Positions 56,119 to 64,000 of a stretch of 64,000 bases of DNA are shown here, piece by piece. The notes below the pieces were generated by a model that was given only the letters and a program-made list of their open reading frames with translations, had not been told where the DNA came from and ran no database searches. Source of the DNA: a virus. Numbering within the stretch: position 1 is the first letter of the stretch; every line of letters begins with the position of its first letter. The translations under genes and the position numbers were made by a program. The DNA is taken from positions 11,541-75,540 of IMG/VR virus record IMGVR_UViG_3300031962_000002; one strand, written 5' to 3'.

Positions 56119-56258
56119 AATTTTTTGTTGAATTAAAAAGCCTCCTGACCGCCAAAACAGGAGGTTTACAATTTTACCTAAACTCACAAATTTGAATCGA
56201 ATGCTCCGACCACGCCTGGCGATTTTTAGCCGGACTACGAACACAATCCGCAGTATTT

Positions 56259-56456
56259 TTATTTATTTGAAATGCGTTTTTCAAACCTCTCCAATTTTTC
56301 GTTCATATCCCTTAATATCTGGGCGGCTCCGCGACCGTCCTTTTTTTCAAGTAGTGCTTTAACTTCTTCCATCCGCTCTCTGGTAATGATCTTTTTGACT
56401 CCTTTCTTTGCCCAAGGAACCATGTCTTTGAAGCCGAATAGTTCACCGTCAGCCAT
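56259..56456 (-). CDS. Hypothetical protein
   Basis: Coupled ORF in the minus-strand gene run. Confidence 0.55.
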   Translation of the reverse strand: MADGELFGFKDMVPWAKKGVKKIITRERMEEVKALLEKKDGRGAAQILRDMNEKLERFEKRISNK

Positions 56457-56739
56457 CTGATAGACGCTCTCCTAGCATAAAAACCTCCATCAAGTCATAC
56501 TCTAGTTGATCGCTTGTCACCAGTGCCTCAAATGAGTCCTCGTTAAACAACGCGAACGGCAGTTCTGCCAGAAGTAGGTATTTATGTTTCGGGTGGAATG
56601 GTGAGTCACCAAACGGGTACAATTGAACTGTGTACACCTTCCCGAACTTTGGCATTTTGTCGTCTGAAATGGGTTCGCCAAAGGCAATGTTGAATTTCTC
56701 TTTCTTTGGAGTGATTTCTTGACCTAGTTTAAAGCGCAT
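56449..56739 (-). CDS. Hypothetical protein
   Basis: MRFKLGQE...PKFGKVYTV. Confidence 0.6.
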   Translation of the reverse strand: MRFKLGQEITPKKEKFNIAFGEPISDDKMPKFGKVYTVQLYPFGDSPFHPKHKYLLLAELPFALFNEDSFEALVTSDQLEYDLMEVFMLGERLSDG

Positions 56740-56944
56740 GGTTCGATGATTTAATTTCAAATGTCTTGTTCTTAAACATCAAAATCTGGTCTGTAGTGCA
56801 ATGAAGTATTTCCGAAGTATCGCATATTACCACTGTCCAAATGTCATTTTCGAACATCCCTCCTGATTCCACGTAGATTGCATAAGCCTCCTTTTTGGTC
56901 TTCTTTATGATCAAAGGAATAGGCTTGGCAAACTCGTGTATCAT
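56729..56944 (-). CDS. Hypothetical protein
   Basis: MIHEF...YAIYVESGGMFENDIWTV. Confidence 0.6.
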   Translation of the reverse strand: MIHEFAKPIPLIIKKTKKEAYAIYVESGGMFENDIWTVVICDTSEILHCTTDQILMFKNKTFEIKSSNHAL

Positions 56945-57006
56945 CGATTAAGAGATAACGATTTTAGAGCAAGGAAAGTCTTTGAATTTGTCCAATTCGA
57001 TGGCTA

Positions 57007-57252
57007 TCAGTCTTGCTCGTTGTCGGCTGATACGGGCTCCAATCTCGCTTTGAAGTCGGCTTTCACATCTTTCAGTTCATCAAGGATGGTGGCCTGAAGG
57101 ATGGATTTCTCTGCGAGTTGGTCTTTGTAGAAGGCGAGTTCTTCCGGCCCCAGCGGTTTTACGTACTTGCCCTCCTGAATGGCGGAGGCTTCGTTTTGGA
57201 GGACGAGTTTTCGGTCGTCATGCGATAGTGCTTTAAGTCTGTCGATGTCCAT
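57007..57252 (-). CDS. Hypothetical protein
   Basis: Has a TAACC-type leader and helical sequence. Confidence 0.6.
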   Translation of the reverse strand: MDIDRLKALSHDDRKLVLQNEASAIQEGKYVKPLGPEELAFYKDQLAEKSILQATILDELKDVKADFKARLEPVSADNEQD

Positions 57253-57285
57253 GGTTTATTTGGTTAGGTTAAATTACAAAAAATT

Positions 57286-57714
57286 CTAAAAAGGAAGATC
57301 ATCAGATAATGGCCCAGTGCCTAATCCTTGACCCTCATAATGTGTCCTGAGCGAAGTGTCCTCTTCCTCTGTTGGCGTTGTGCCTTTCAGCGCCTCTCCT
57401 TGGACTCTTCCTGGAGATCCACCTGGCTGCCACCCTCGGCGCTGCTGGTCGTCCCATTCCATCTTCCAGCACCGGACGTCCGTATACCACCTTCCATTGT
57501 ACTCCCGGCTTTCAAGGTTGATATGAGCTGTCACGGTGAGACCTTCCACAAGGTCGTACTTGTTGATCGCCTCTTCCCCCCACAGGTTCATGCATATCGG
57601 CTTTGGATATTGCCCGGGTTGCTCCAGTACAAACTCCTGTTTATACCAGTTGCCTTTCTTGCCGTTTCCCGTCTGAATTGGGTACACCTTGATAATCTTG
57701 CCTTTTATTTCCAT
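57286..57714 (-). CDS. DUF3127 single-stranded DNA-binding protein
   Basis: MEIKGKI, WYKQEFVLE, SREYNGRWYTDVRCW and C-terminal DDLPF. Confidence 0.9.
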   Translation of the reverse strand: MEIKGKIIKVYPIQTGNGKKGNWYKQEFVLEQPGQYPKPICMNLWGEEAINKYDLVEGLTVTAHINLESREYNGRWYTDVRCWKMEWDDQQRRGWQPGGSPGRVQGEALKGTTPTEEEDTSLRTHYEGQGLGTGPLSDDLPF

Positions 57715-58307
57715 TTTATCACTTCTTAACCATCAACAAATCAACCCCCTCATGTATCGTCCACAACCTCCCTCCGCTTCCCTTAACTACCGGATGACCT
57801 ACGTTACCATCCTTAGCCAATCCCAACTTCCTCGCACTAGCCCCGATTTCCCGCAATACTACACTATTCACCGTCCCAACAACTATATCAGAATGGCTTA
57901 CCGCTACCGTCACTTTCTTTTGATTATCTCCTGTCATCGACACAAATGTATCATCTACCCCGAACAAACAAAACATTTATGTACATTTATTTTCAAACAA
58001 ACAATAAACAGACCCGATACAGATACATTTAGGAGGTATCCTCCCCATTTGGACGGGTCAAAAATCGCGTCCCCGAACGCTTTATTTTGATGGGGTGGGG
58101 TCATTTTTGGACTCTCAATCGCTGTTTTTTGAAAACTGGCCGATAACTCCCAGCGCGAGGAAACTACCTGGAATTTGAATGCATATTCTTTGATAGAATG
58201 TGCAAATGGCGCAATATGACACGCATTCAATGAATTGTCAATTTTGACCCATAATATTTGTCGCTCATGACCGAGATTTCAGGTCAAAACATTATGTTAA
58301 ATAAACC

Positions 58308-58349
58308 TGCAAAAATGGCAGAATGATGGTTTCTCATGCAAAAATGGCA
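58308..58349. repeat. 13-bp direct repeat TGCAAAAATGGCA x2 in the strand-switch region
   Basis: Copies at 58308-58320 and 58337-58349; a degenerate copy at 58201. Confidence 0.6.
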
Positions 58350-58899
58350 TGATTTGGAGAGTGTGGGTGTATCATATTTTCATATTTGGGTATTTTTTGT
58401 GTGATTATTTACGTTTTTGGGTATTTTTTGGTTGGATGGATGTGTTTTGTGGTGTGTTGTTGTGGAAATGAAGAGAATGCGGGGTTTTGTGTTTTGAGTT
58501 TGTTGATGGGGTCTTTTTTTTTGTTCTTCGCCTGTTGTCCGTCTTGGCCTCTTCTCTCCGTCCTTCGGGGGCTTACGCCTACCATCTTCTGGGCGGCGTG
58601 GTGGTCCGTGGATTTGGTGTGGAATGGGGAGAGAATTTTGGCGATATCGGTAAACGAGGGTTTTGGGGTGATATGCGAATTGAGCGAAATAAAGGGGGTG
58701 AATTTTGGAATGGAGTGTACGATAGTCGGTAAAGTTGGCAACCGTTGCAAGGAAAATGGGTTAGTGGCGTGTTTTTAGTTAAAGTGTGTAATTAGTGGTG
58801 TTTTAGTTGTTTTGATGGTGAGTATTATAGATATATTAAATAGTTCTTGTGTGTTATGCACATTATATAGATATTGGTGCAAGAATTAACCAAAATTAT

Positions 58900-59085
58900 A
58901 TGAAAACTTTAAAAGAGATCAGCAAATTATCACCTAGTAGTTATACTATTTGTGATAACCAAGTTAACAAAGGCAATTTAAAATCGTGGTCTGATCGGAT
59001 TGAAATATATGTTCATTCTGATAGGAAAGCTAAAATCGTTAGTAGACTCGCGGCATATAAACATGGATTGGCCGAAAGGCCGTAA
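58900..59085 (+). CDS. Hypothetical early protein
   Basis: Start MKTLKEIS, preceded by TTAACCAAAATTAT. Confidence 0.6.
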   Translation: MKTLKEISKLSPSSYTICDNQVNKGNLKSWSDRIEIYVHSDRKAKIVSRLAAYKHGLAERP

Positions 59086-59094
59086 ATTCCACAA

Positions 59095-59148
59095 GGTTAA
59101 CTGACGAGAGGTTAATCCTCGAAACGGCCACAACTGGCCGTATTAACC
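59095..59148 (+). ncRNA. Hammerhead ribozyme (type I) HH1
   Basis: GGUUAA-CUGACGA-GAGG(UUAAU)CCUC-GAAA-CGGCCA(CAAC)UGGCCG-UA^-UUAACC. All core nucleotides and three perfect stems are present; predicted cleavage after 59142. Confidence 0.93.
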
Positions 59149-59161
59149 AAAAAAAAACTTT

Positions 59162-59326
59162 ATGAAGATGAAAACACAAGACGATTTAGGGCTTACATTG
59201 GATGCAGTCGCAGTCTACCTATATGGTCGCCCTTATTCAGAATTGGGTGAGTTTGAGCAAAATGCCGTAGAACTTGAATTGGAAGACCGTTTACGAACAA
59301 CCACCCAAAGCCATGACAACGGTTAG
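59162..59326 (+). CDS. Hypothetical protein, 54 aa
   Basis: Translated by hand (MKMKTQDDLGLTLDAVAVYLYGRPYSELGEFEQNAVELELEDRLRTTTQSHDNG). Begins 19 nt after the HH1 cut. Confidence 0.6.
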   Translation: MKMKTQDDLGLTLDAVAVYLYGRPYSELGEFEQNAVELELEDRLRTTTQSHDNG

Positions 59327-59404
59327 CCAGTTCACATCCCAAGATGTGGTGGCAAGGTCACAGTCTCCAATCCAAGAGTTTATCAAAATTAACCAACAAA
59401 CAAT

Positions 59405-59785
59405 ATGAAAACCATCTATTTAAGAAACGAGAAATTTGAGGGGACAAAATTCGAGTATGATAATTTGTCTGACATCTCATTGACTGATCGTAAAATAACG
59501 GTCGGCAATGGGGCAACGGTCGGCGATGGGGCAAGGGTCGGGCAAGCAAATGCTATTTTTGCTTTAAATCTGTACAAGTACGCATCCTCCGGTTATTTCA
59601 CGAAAGAGGGTGTACAAATGATACAACTCGGTTGCTATCTTCGCATGCGCACTGAATGGGAAAACGACTTTTGGAACAATACAAATGAATTCCCAAATGA
59701 TGGTAGTTCCTCATCTGAAGCCAGAATGCGTGCCTTCAAAACCATTTGTTTCTTTTTGGATAATGTTAAACCTGAAGAGAAATGA
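59405..59785 (+). CDS. Hypothetical protein with short hexapeptide (LbH) repeats
   Basis: ITVGNGATVGDGARVG; IQLGC...EWENDFWNN. Confidence 0.7.
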   Translation: MKTIYLRNEKFEGTKFEYDNLSDISLTDRKITVGNGATVGDGARVGQANAIFALNLYKYASSGYFTKEGVQMIQLGCYLRMRTEWENDFWNNTNEFPNDGSSSSEARMRAFKTICFFLDNVKPEEK

Positions 59786-60114
59786 AAGCAACAATCAAAT
59801 TCGATCTAGGAATCTATTCCTTCCACAGACTCATCCACGGCCCAGTCTGCGCGGATGACAGCAAAGTAAAAGAAAGTTCAATCCTGGGCGTCCTGCACCC
59901 CCTCACGACCGTGGATCCGGCCAACATATACTGCTATGCGGTTGACAGGTCATCCGGCGAGGTGCGCCAATTGGTCCGTAAGAATTTGCGGTTTAAGAAG
60001 GTCCTCACATTATCATGTGATGTGGAGCATGGGCGCGAGGTAGAATTACACGCAAAATTGAATGCTGCTTATCAGTTTTTGATGGATGAAACCAAACAGT
60101 TACAATTAGCATGA
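59782..60114 (+). CDS. Hypothetical protein
   Basis: ATGA-coupled ORF. Confidence 0.65.
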   Translation: MKATIKFDLGIYSFHRLIHGPVCADDSKVKESSILGVLHPLTTVDPANIYCYAVDRSSGEVRQLVRKNLRFKKVLTLSCDVEHGREVELHAKLNAAYQFLMDETKQLQLA

Positions 60115-60377
60115 AAACTACATTGGCAATACAAATTACAGCTATTGAAAAGGCGCGTGAATTGATTAAGACAATCGCCTCAAGCGTTCTTGAGCCATCA
60201 GCGAAGAAAGAACTTGATTATTATCTTGGATTGGATGAAGCCTTGAAAGATGCTGGTTCAACTCTTGCCTCATTGCATTTGGGAGGAAGTGTTCCGTTGG
60301 ATGCGGAAATGGTTGAAAGCATTGAAAGAATTTTTGGTAAGGCAAACGAACGAACAAAGTTAACTGAAGATCGCTGA
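60111..60377 (+). CDS. Hypothetical protein; its 3' end overlaps hammerhead HH2
   Basis: ATGA-coupled ORF whose TGA stop lies in the HH2 stem II loop. Confidence 0.65.
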   Translation: MKTTLAIQITAIEKARELIKTIASSVLEPSAKKELDYYLGLDEALKDAGSTLASLHLGGSVPLDAEMVESIERIFGKANERTKLTEDR

Positions 60378-60411
60378 ATGCGTGAAACCGGACTGCACAT
60401 CCGGTATTAAC
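60359..60411 (+). ncRNA. Hammerhead ribozyme (type I) HH2
   Basis: GUUAA-CUGAAGA-UCGC(UGAAU)GCGU-GAAA-CCGGA(CUGCACA)UCCGG-UA^-UUAAC. The core is intact with a U-U at 10.1/11.1; predicted cleavage after 60406. Confidence 0.85.
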
Positions 60412-60427
60412 CAAAATAACAAATTAT

Positions 60428-61066
60428 ATGCCTTACATGTCCTCTGAACGAACTGCCGAGATACGCAAAGCGATTAAAGCAGAATTTCCAGACTACAAGT
60501 TCTCAATCATCAATGAACACCATTCCGGAATCAGAATTGCCATCCTCTCCGGCCCACTTCAATTATTAAGCCCTGACCATTTGGAACGGGGTCGCGAACA
60601 AGTCAATGAGTACTACATCCGTGAGCACTTTGCCGAACGGCCAGAGACAAGCAAGATATTGCTGCGAATCAAGGAAATTGCCAACGAAGGTAATGGTACA
60701 GAAAGCACGGATGGAGATTACGGCAATATCCCACATTTCTATCTCACCATTGAAATAGGCAAGTGGGATGAGGCCTACAAAGTCATTGAACGGGGACGAT
60801 TAACCCCACGCATCGAAGGAGTTCCTCCCACTGGAGATAAAATAGCCACCTGCAAACTCAACCAAGCTAAAGGAGGCGTCGAACTTTATTTCCCCGCAAA
60901 TCCAGGGCGGGCAGTGCTGGACGATTTAACAGTCAACAGATTCAGGTGGTCACGGTTTAATAAGTGTTGGTACGCCAAGGACAATTCGATAGCCCGTAAG
61001 GTAGCCGAGAAGTACGCGACCATTCCTGTAGAGGAAGAAGCGAAGATCGCTATACCCGGATTCTAA
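60428..61066 (+). CDS. LPD29-like (large-polyvalent-protein-associated) domain protein
   Basis: IRKAIKAEFPDYKFSI, TDGDYG...FYLTIEIGKWD and C-terminal FRWSRFNKCWYAK. Confidence 0.75.
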   Translation: MPYMSSERTAEIRKAIKAEFPDYKFSIINEHHSGIRIAILSGPLQLLSPDHLERGREQVNEYYIREHFAERPETSKILLRIKEIANEGNGTESTDGDYGNIPHFYLTIEIGKWDEAYKVIERGRLTPRIEGVPPTGDKIATCKLNQAKGGVELYFPANPGRAVLDDLTVNRFRWSRFNKCWYAKDNSIARKVAEKYATIPVEEEAKIAIPGF

Positions 61067-61087
61067 AGCACATTTTTTGGTTAATTG

Positions 61088-61117
61088 GTCTGCTCAGAAA
61101 TGGGCAGGCTTTTTTTA
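61088..61117 (+). terminator. Intrinsic terminator of the early operon
   Basis: GTCTGCTCA-GAAA-TGGGCAGGC-TTTTTTT. Confidence 0.8.
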
Positions 61118-61120
61118 TGC

Positions 61121-61360
61121 CTACACCCGTTCAGGACCGTAGACTGATTGCTTAACAAGAGTTACAAAATTGAAATATATCTGATTGTCTTCAACCTTTA
61201 AATTGGTGCGCGATTCTACATCCTTTTTGGCCGATTGCAAGAGGTATTTAAAAATCTCTGGAGCGGTTAATTTTTCGGCGCCAATTATATCAAGTGACGA
61301 CTGGTGAATGTCATTAGGATGAGTGATTACTGTGAAGGAGTAAATGTAAGAAAGAACCAT
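61121..61360 (-). CDS. Hypothetical protein
   Basis: Likely start MVLSYIYSF immediately after the upstream stop. Confidence 0.5.
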   Translation of the reverse strand: MVLSYIYSFTVITHPNDIHQSSLDIIGAEKLTAPEIFKYLLQSAKKDVESRTNLKVEDNQIYFNFVTLVKQSVYGPERV

Positions 61361-61361
61361 T

Positions 61362-61760
61362 TTAAACAGCATTTGGATCATCCGGTGGCAAACCACCTCC
61401 GTAAATGTCAATTGGTTTGAATTCTTCCGGCTCGGAAGGAGCAACCACTGGTTCAGTGACCAGTGGTTGAGGTTGCAGCTCCTTCGCTGGGGGAGGGGTC
61501 AAGCGAGAACCAGGTGAATGATTTAAGTTTAAGGTTATGGGATGGCGCCCGGGTTTTAGTGGATTGGGGAATAATTCCTCAAAGGTCTGGCCAGTGTAAA
61601 GCAAAATCTTGTGGTAATCTTCAAGTGTCAGCCGGCCTTGCCTAATCCGGTAGCGCCACATCTGATAACTGATCCCCAGCCGATGCACGGCAAATTCTTG
61701 TGGCTTGATATTTAGCTGCCGTAAGGCAACCGTCAGGCGGTCTGGCTCTTTTCTTCCCAT
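61362..61760 (-). CDS. XRE/Cro-like HTH regulator
   Basis: QEFAVHRLGISYQMWRYRI...TFEELF; divergent from the next operon. Confidence 0.65.
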   Translation of the reverse strand: MGRKEPDRLTVALRQLNIKPQEFAVHRLGISYQMWRYRIRQGRLTLEDYHKILLYTGQTFEELFPNPLKPGRHPITLNLNHSPGSRLTPPPAKELQPQPLVTEPVVAPSEPEEFKPIDIYGGGLPPDDPNAV

Positions 61761-61891
61761 GTGCTTAGGCAAATATAGATATTTTAGATAAACAACACAG
61801 TTTAGTTAAAATAATTATATTGATTGTTTTGGAATTTGTTCACTTATTAACAACATTTGTGCACACGAACGCAAAATAACCAACAATCCTC

Positions 61892-62176
61892 ATGGAAAAA
61901 CCAGCCCAAAAAGAGGAACTTTTCACCGAAGAAGACAGAATCCAAGAAGATTTAGAGGCCAAAAAATCTCTCATCCAGCCCTCTCTTGATGAGCAAGTGA
62001 AATTCATTAACCGAAAGAAAGCAGCCTCTATTGGCTTCCCGGACTTTCACCTCTACCAAGCCGTTGAAGAAAATTTGATAGGTCTGCGACTGTTCGAAGA
62101 AGCCGAGCGGCGCCAGCAGGGAAAGCCAACTCCTGAAAGTGTCTTCCAGTTAGCAAAATCAGATCCTCTTATCTAA
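61892..62176 (+). CDS. Hypothetical protein
   Basis: ORF with a TAACCAA leader. Confidence 0.6.
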   Translation: MEKPAQKEELFTEEDRIQEDLEAKKSLIQPSLDEQVKFINRKKAASIGFPDFHLYQAVEENLIGLRLFEEAERRQQGKPTPESVFQLAKSDPLI

Positions 62177-62183
62177 TTTAGGT

Positions 62184-62414
62184 ATGAGTCCGCAATTCTT
62201 TCACAACTATTTTCCGATCATGCAACTCAATGACGCTGATTTCTTTTCGATTTGGTGCCTGAATTTTTCCGGCCAATTGAAAAAACTGCATGAAGAATTG
62301 GTAGTTGAGGATGAAAATGGAGAGATGGCAAATTTCCAAGGAATGAACTTCGAGGACTTCTGTATTTTGACCTACCAACAACGACCAGATTTAATCTCAT
62401 ACACTCAAAATTAA
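62184..62414 (+). CDS. Hypothetical protein
   Basis: Packed ORF in a plus-strand operon. Confidence 0.55.
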   Translation: MSPQFFHNYFPIMQLNDADFFSIWCLNFSGQLKKLHEELVVEDENGEMANFQGMNFEDFCILTYQQRPDLISYTQN

Positions 62415-62420
62415 ACTTTT

Positions 62421-62777
62421 ATGAAAGAATACATACTTGGTTTCACATTGGTATTTTTAGGATTCTGTCTCGGGTGTTTATTTGGTAGCCTTAGTGGTTA
62501 TGAATACGCAAAACGCCAAATAATCCCCTCAACAATCGTGCAGTCTTCTGAAACAAAATATCGTTCTTTTCCAATAATAAAGATGAGCGAATTTCAAGAA
62601 ACCGATTCTGTTCAAGGGGGTTATTTCATCGGTATTCTCAAAATAAAAAATGGCGGATTTAAACACGTTAAGTATCCTGTCTCGCTATTCGTAACAAAAG
62701 AGAACGATGTGATTCTTCAAGAGGTTGTTTTACAACTTAATGACAGAGTAAAGAAACTTGAAACCCAACTCAAATGA
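62421..62777 (+). CDS. Hypothetical membrane-anchored protein
   Basis: N-terminal transmembrane helix. Confidence 0.6.
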   Translation: MKEYILGFTLVFLGFCLGCLFGSLSGYEYAKRQIIPSTIVQSSETKYRSFPIIKMSEFQETDSVQGGYFIGILKIKNGGFKHVKYPVSLFVTKENDVILQEVVLQLNDRVKKLETQLK

Positions 62778-62983
62778 CCGTAATCAACAACAAACTTTTC
62801 ATCGCTCATCCTCATGGGGTAAGAATCCTACACGATGCCAGTGCACGGCAATTCATCCCAACTCATTCCTTCGACTATGCTGCCATCCTAGGCCTCGACA
62901 AACCTATGCGCCGAGTGAAAGCTCATACCTATGTCTGGTCTTCGTCTCAACATTGCCATGTAGTAAGGCATCCTAAATTTTAA
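62774..62983 (+). CDS. Hypothetical protein
   Basis: ATGA-coupled ORF. Confidence 0.45.
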   Translation: MTVINNKLFIAHPHGVRILHDASARQFIPTHSFDYAAILGLDKPMRRVKAHTYVWSSSQHCHVVRHPKF

Positions 62984-62987
62984 AATC

Positions 62988-63176
62988 ATGAGATTCACTT
63001 TAAAAAAAGGGTTATTATCTTTTGAAGATACTCGGATATATAATAGTGAAGGACCACCTAAACTAGGTCACATTATTTCTGAAATAACTAGGTCTATTGC
63101 TACGAAGTTTCAAAAAGTAGAAGTCGTTGAGTGGAAATGCAAAGGATTTATCGGCTACAAAAACAAAACGAAATGA
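62988..63176 (+). CDS. Hypothetical protein
   Basis: Packed ORF. Confidence 0.45.
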   Translation: MRFTLKKGLLSFEDTRIYNSEGPPKLGHIISEITRSIATKFQKVEVVEWKCKGFIGYKNKTK

Positions 63177-63565
63177 CCATCCAAGAACTACGTATTGGTA
63201 ACATCATTCGCCACAATGTAAAAGACGAAACAGAAAGTCTCACTGGCTTCTGTGAACCTAACGAAGATGCTATAAGTGAAGATGACATGTGGCATTTCAC
63301 TGGTGGAGTAGGCTTTGAGGATGCTGAACCAATTCCGTTAACGCGAGAATGGTTAGAAAAATTTGGGTTATTTAAGTACAATAATGCATGGGTATTTGAA
63401 ATGCCGGAAGAGCGACAATATTTAGGAGGCTTTTCAATTTTTGATTACGGCAATCGGTTGGCCTACAATACGTCCGACATAATTAACCCTCCATTGGAGT
63501 TTGTTCATCAACTCCAAAATCTATATTTCGCTTTGACTGGTGAAGAGTTAACATTGAAAAAATGA
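63173..63565 (+). CDS. Hypothetical protein, paralog of 16323-16682
   Basis: ELRIGN, EPIPLTREWL and FVHQLQNLYFALTGEEL. Confidence 0.8.
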   Translation: MTIQELRIGNIIRHNVKDETESLTGFCEPNEDAISEDDMWHFTGGVGFEDAEPIPLTREWLEKFGLFKYNNAWVFEMPEERQYLGGFSIFDYGNRLAYNTSDIINPPLEFVHQLQNLYFALTGEELTLKK

Positions 63566-63903
63566 GACCCCTTGACGATTTACCTATTGATTTTAAACTA
63601 AAAGATCAAAACAAAGAGATTGCTGCCGGACGTTACATGACAGTTCATCCTTTCATTAAAAAATACCATATATCCATGGATGTGTATGATGAACCCACAC
63701 AAGAGCGTGTCACGCTCCTTTTAATTTGCTTGGTATCTGCTACCAAGAAATTATTTAGGAACGTAAACCGATATCCTACATTCGATGAGTGTTTAATGTG
63801 TCGTAACCTGTTCTTCAATGAGGATGATGTAGTCTTTCAATTAATTCAAGTACAAGAAGTAATAGAGGGGCAGTTTTTTGCAACCTTAATAAGACTGAAA
63901 TGA
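63562..63903 (+). CDS. Hypothetical protein (RYPT..E...LFF motif)
   Basis: NRYPTFDECLMCRNLFFNEDDVVFQ; ATGA-coupled. Confidence 0.65.
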   Translation: MRPLDDLPIDFKLKDQNKEIAAGRYMTVHPFIKKYHISMDVYDEPTQERVTLLLICLVSATKKLFRNVNRYPTFDECLMCRNLFFNEDDVVFQLIQVQEVIEGQFFATLIRLK

Positions 63904-64000
63904 TCTGCGGCTTCCAACAAAAATTTCCATGGGGTGAACCAACTTGGTTCCGTGAAAAAATACTTGCAGGAGCAGGATACGCAACAACTGAAACGCATCC

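Noticed and set aside
58386-58778. ORFs on both strands in the G/T-rich region
   Set aside because: Their composition reflects nucleotide skew, they are not protein-like, and they lack a typical leader.
59313-59408. Possible ribozyme before the TTAACC leader at 59389
   Set aside because: A hairpin (CACATC/GATGTG) is present, but there is no hammerhead, twister, pistol or hatchet core. The stretch is also an open 31-codon ORF coupled to 59405.
1-64000. Stop-codon reassignment as seen in some crAss-like phages
   Set aside because: Long genes are intact in code 11, TAG and TGA terminate genes normally, and no suppressor tRNA was seen.
1-64000. CRISPR array, tRNA, rRNA, integrase or reverse transcriptase/DGR
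   Set aside because: No repeat-spacer periodicity, cloverleaf or corresponding protein motifs were recognised by eye.

Overview
This window is a large segment of a tailed dsDNA phage. The host is inferred to be a Bacteroidota bacterium from TTTG-N19/20-TAnnTTTG promoters, A-rich leaders without Shine-Dalgarno sites and Q-rule signal peptides. The morphogenesis module resembles crAss-like/podoviral phages. Minus strand, 1-44.5 kb: fibre-like proteins and an SGNH esterase that carry signal peptides, major capsid and scaffold genes, a ~5.8-kb sugar-modification/glycosyltransferase cluster between portal and capsid genes, portal, and an intein-containing TerL. It also holds a 3843-aa polyvalent ejected protein (gamma-glutamylcyclotransferase-like, DarB-like methyltransferase and SNF2 helicase domains) and muzzle/ring tail proteins. 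44.5-58 kb: GroES-like genes, a lambda-style initiator + DnaB replication module behind an attenuator-like leader, DUF5131, NinG and a DUF3127 SSB. 58.9-64 kb: mostly plus-strand early-type small genes. The most striking finding is two type I hammerhead ribozymes (59095-59148 and 60359-60411) with interchangeable stem I sequences. Each would cut about 20 nt upstream of a start codon, and together they bracket a 1264-nt multi-gene RNA that could circularise. Other notable features are several small +1-frame genes nested inside the giant gene and a putative virion glycosylation locus. Family assignments rest on recognised motifs and gene order, not on database searches.
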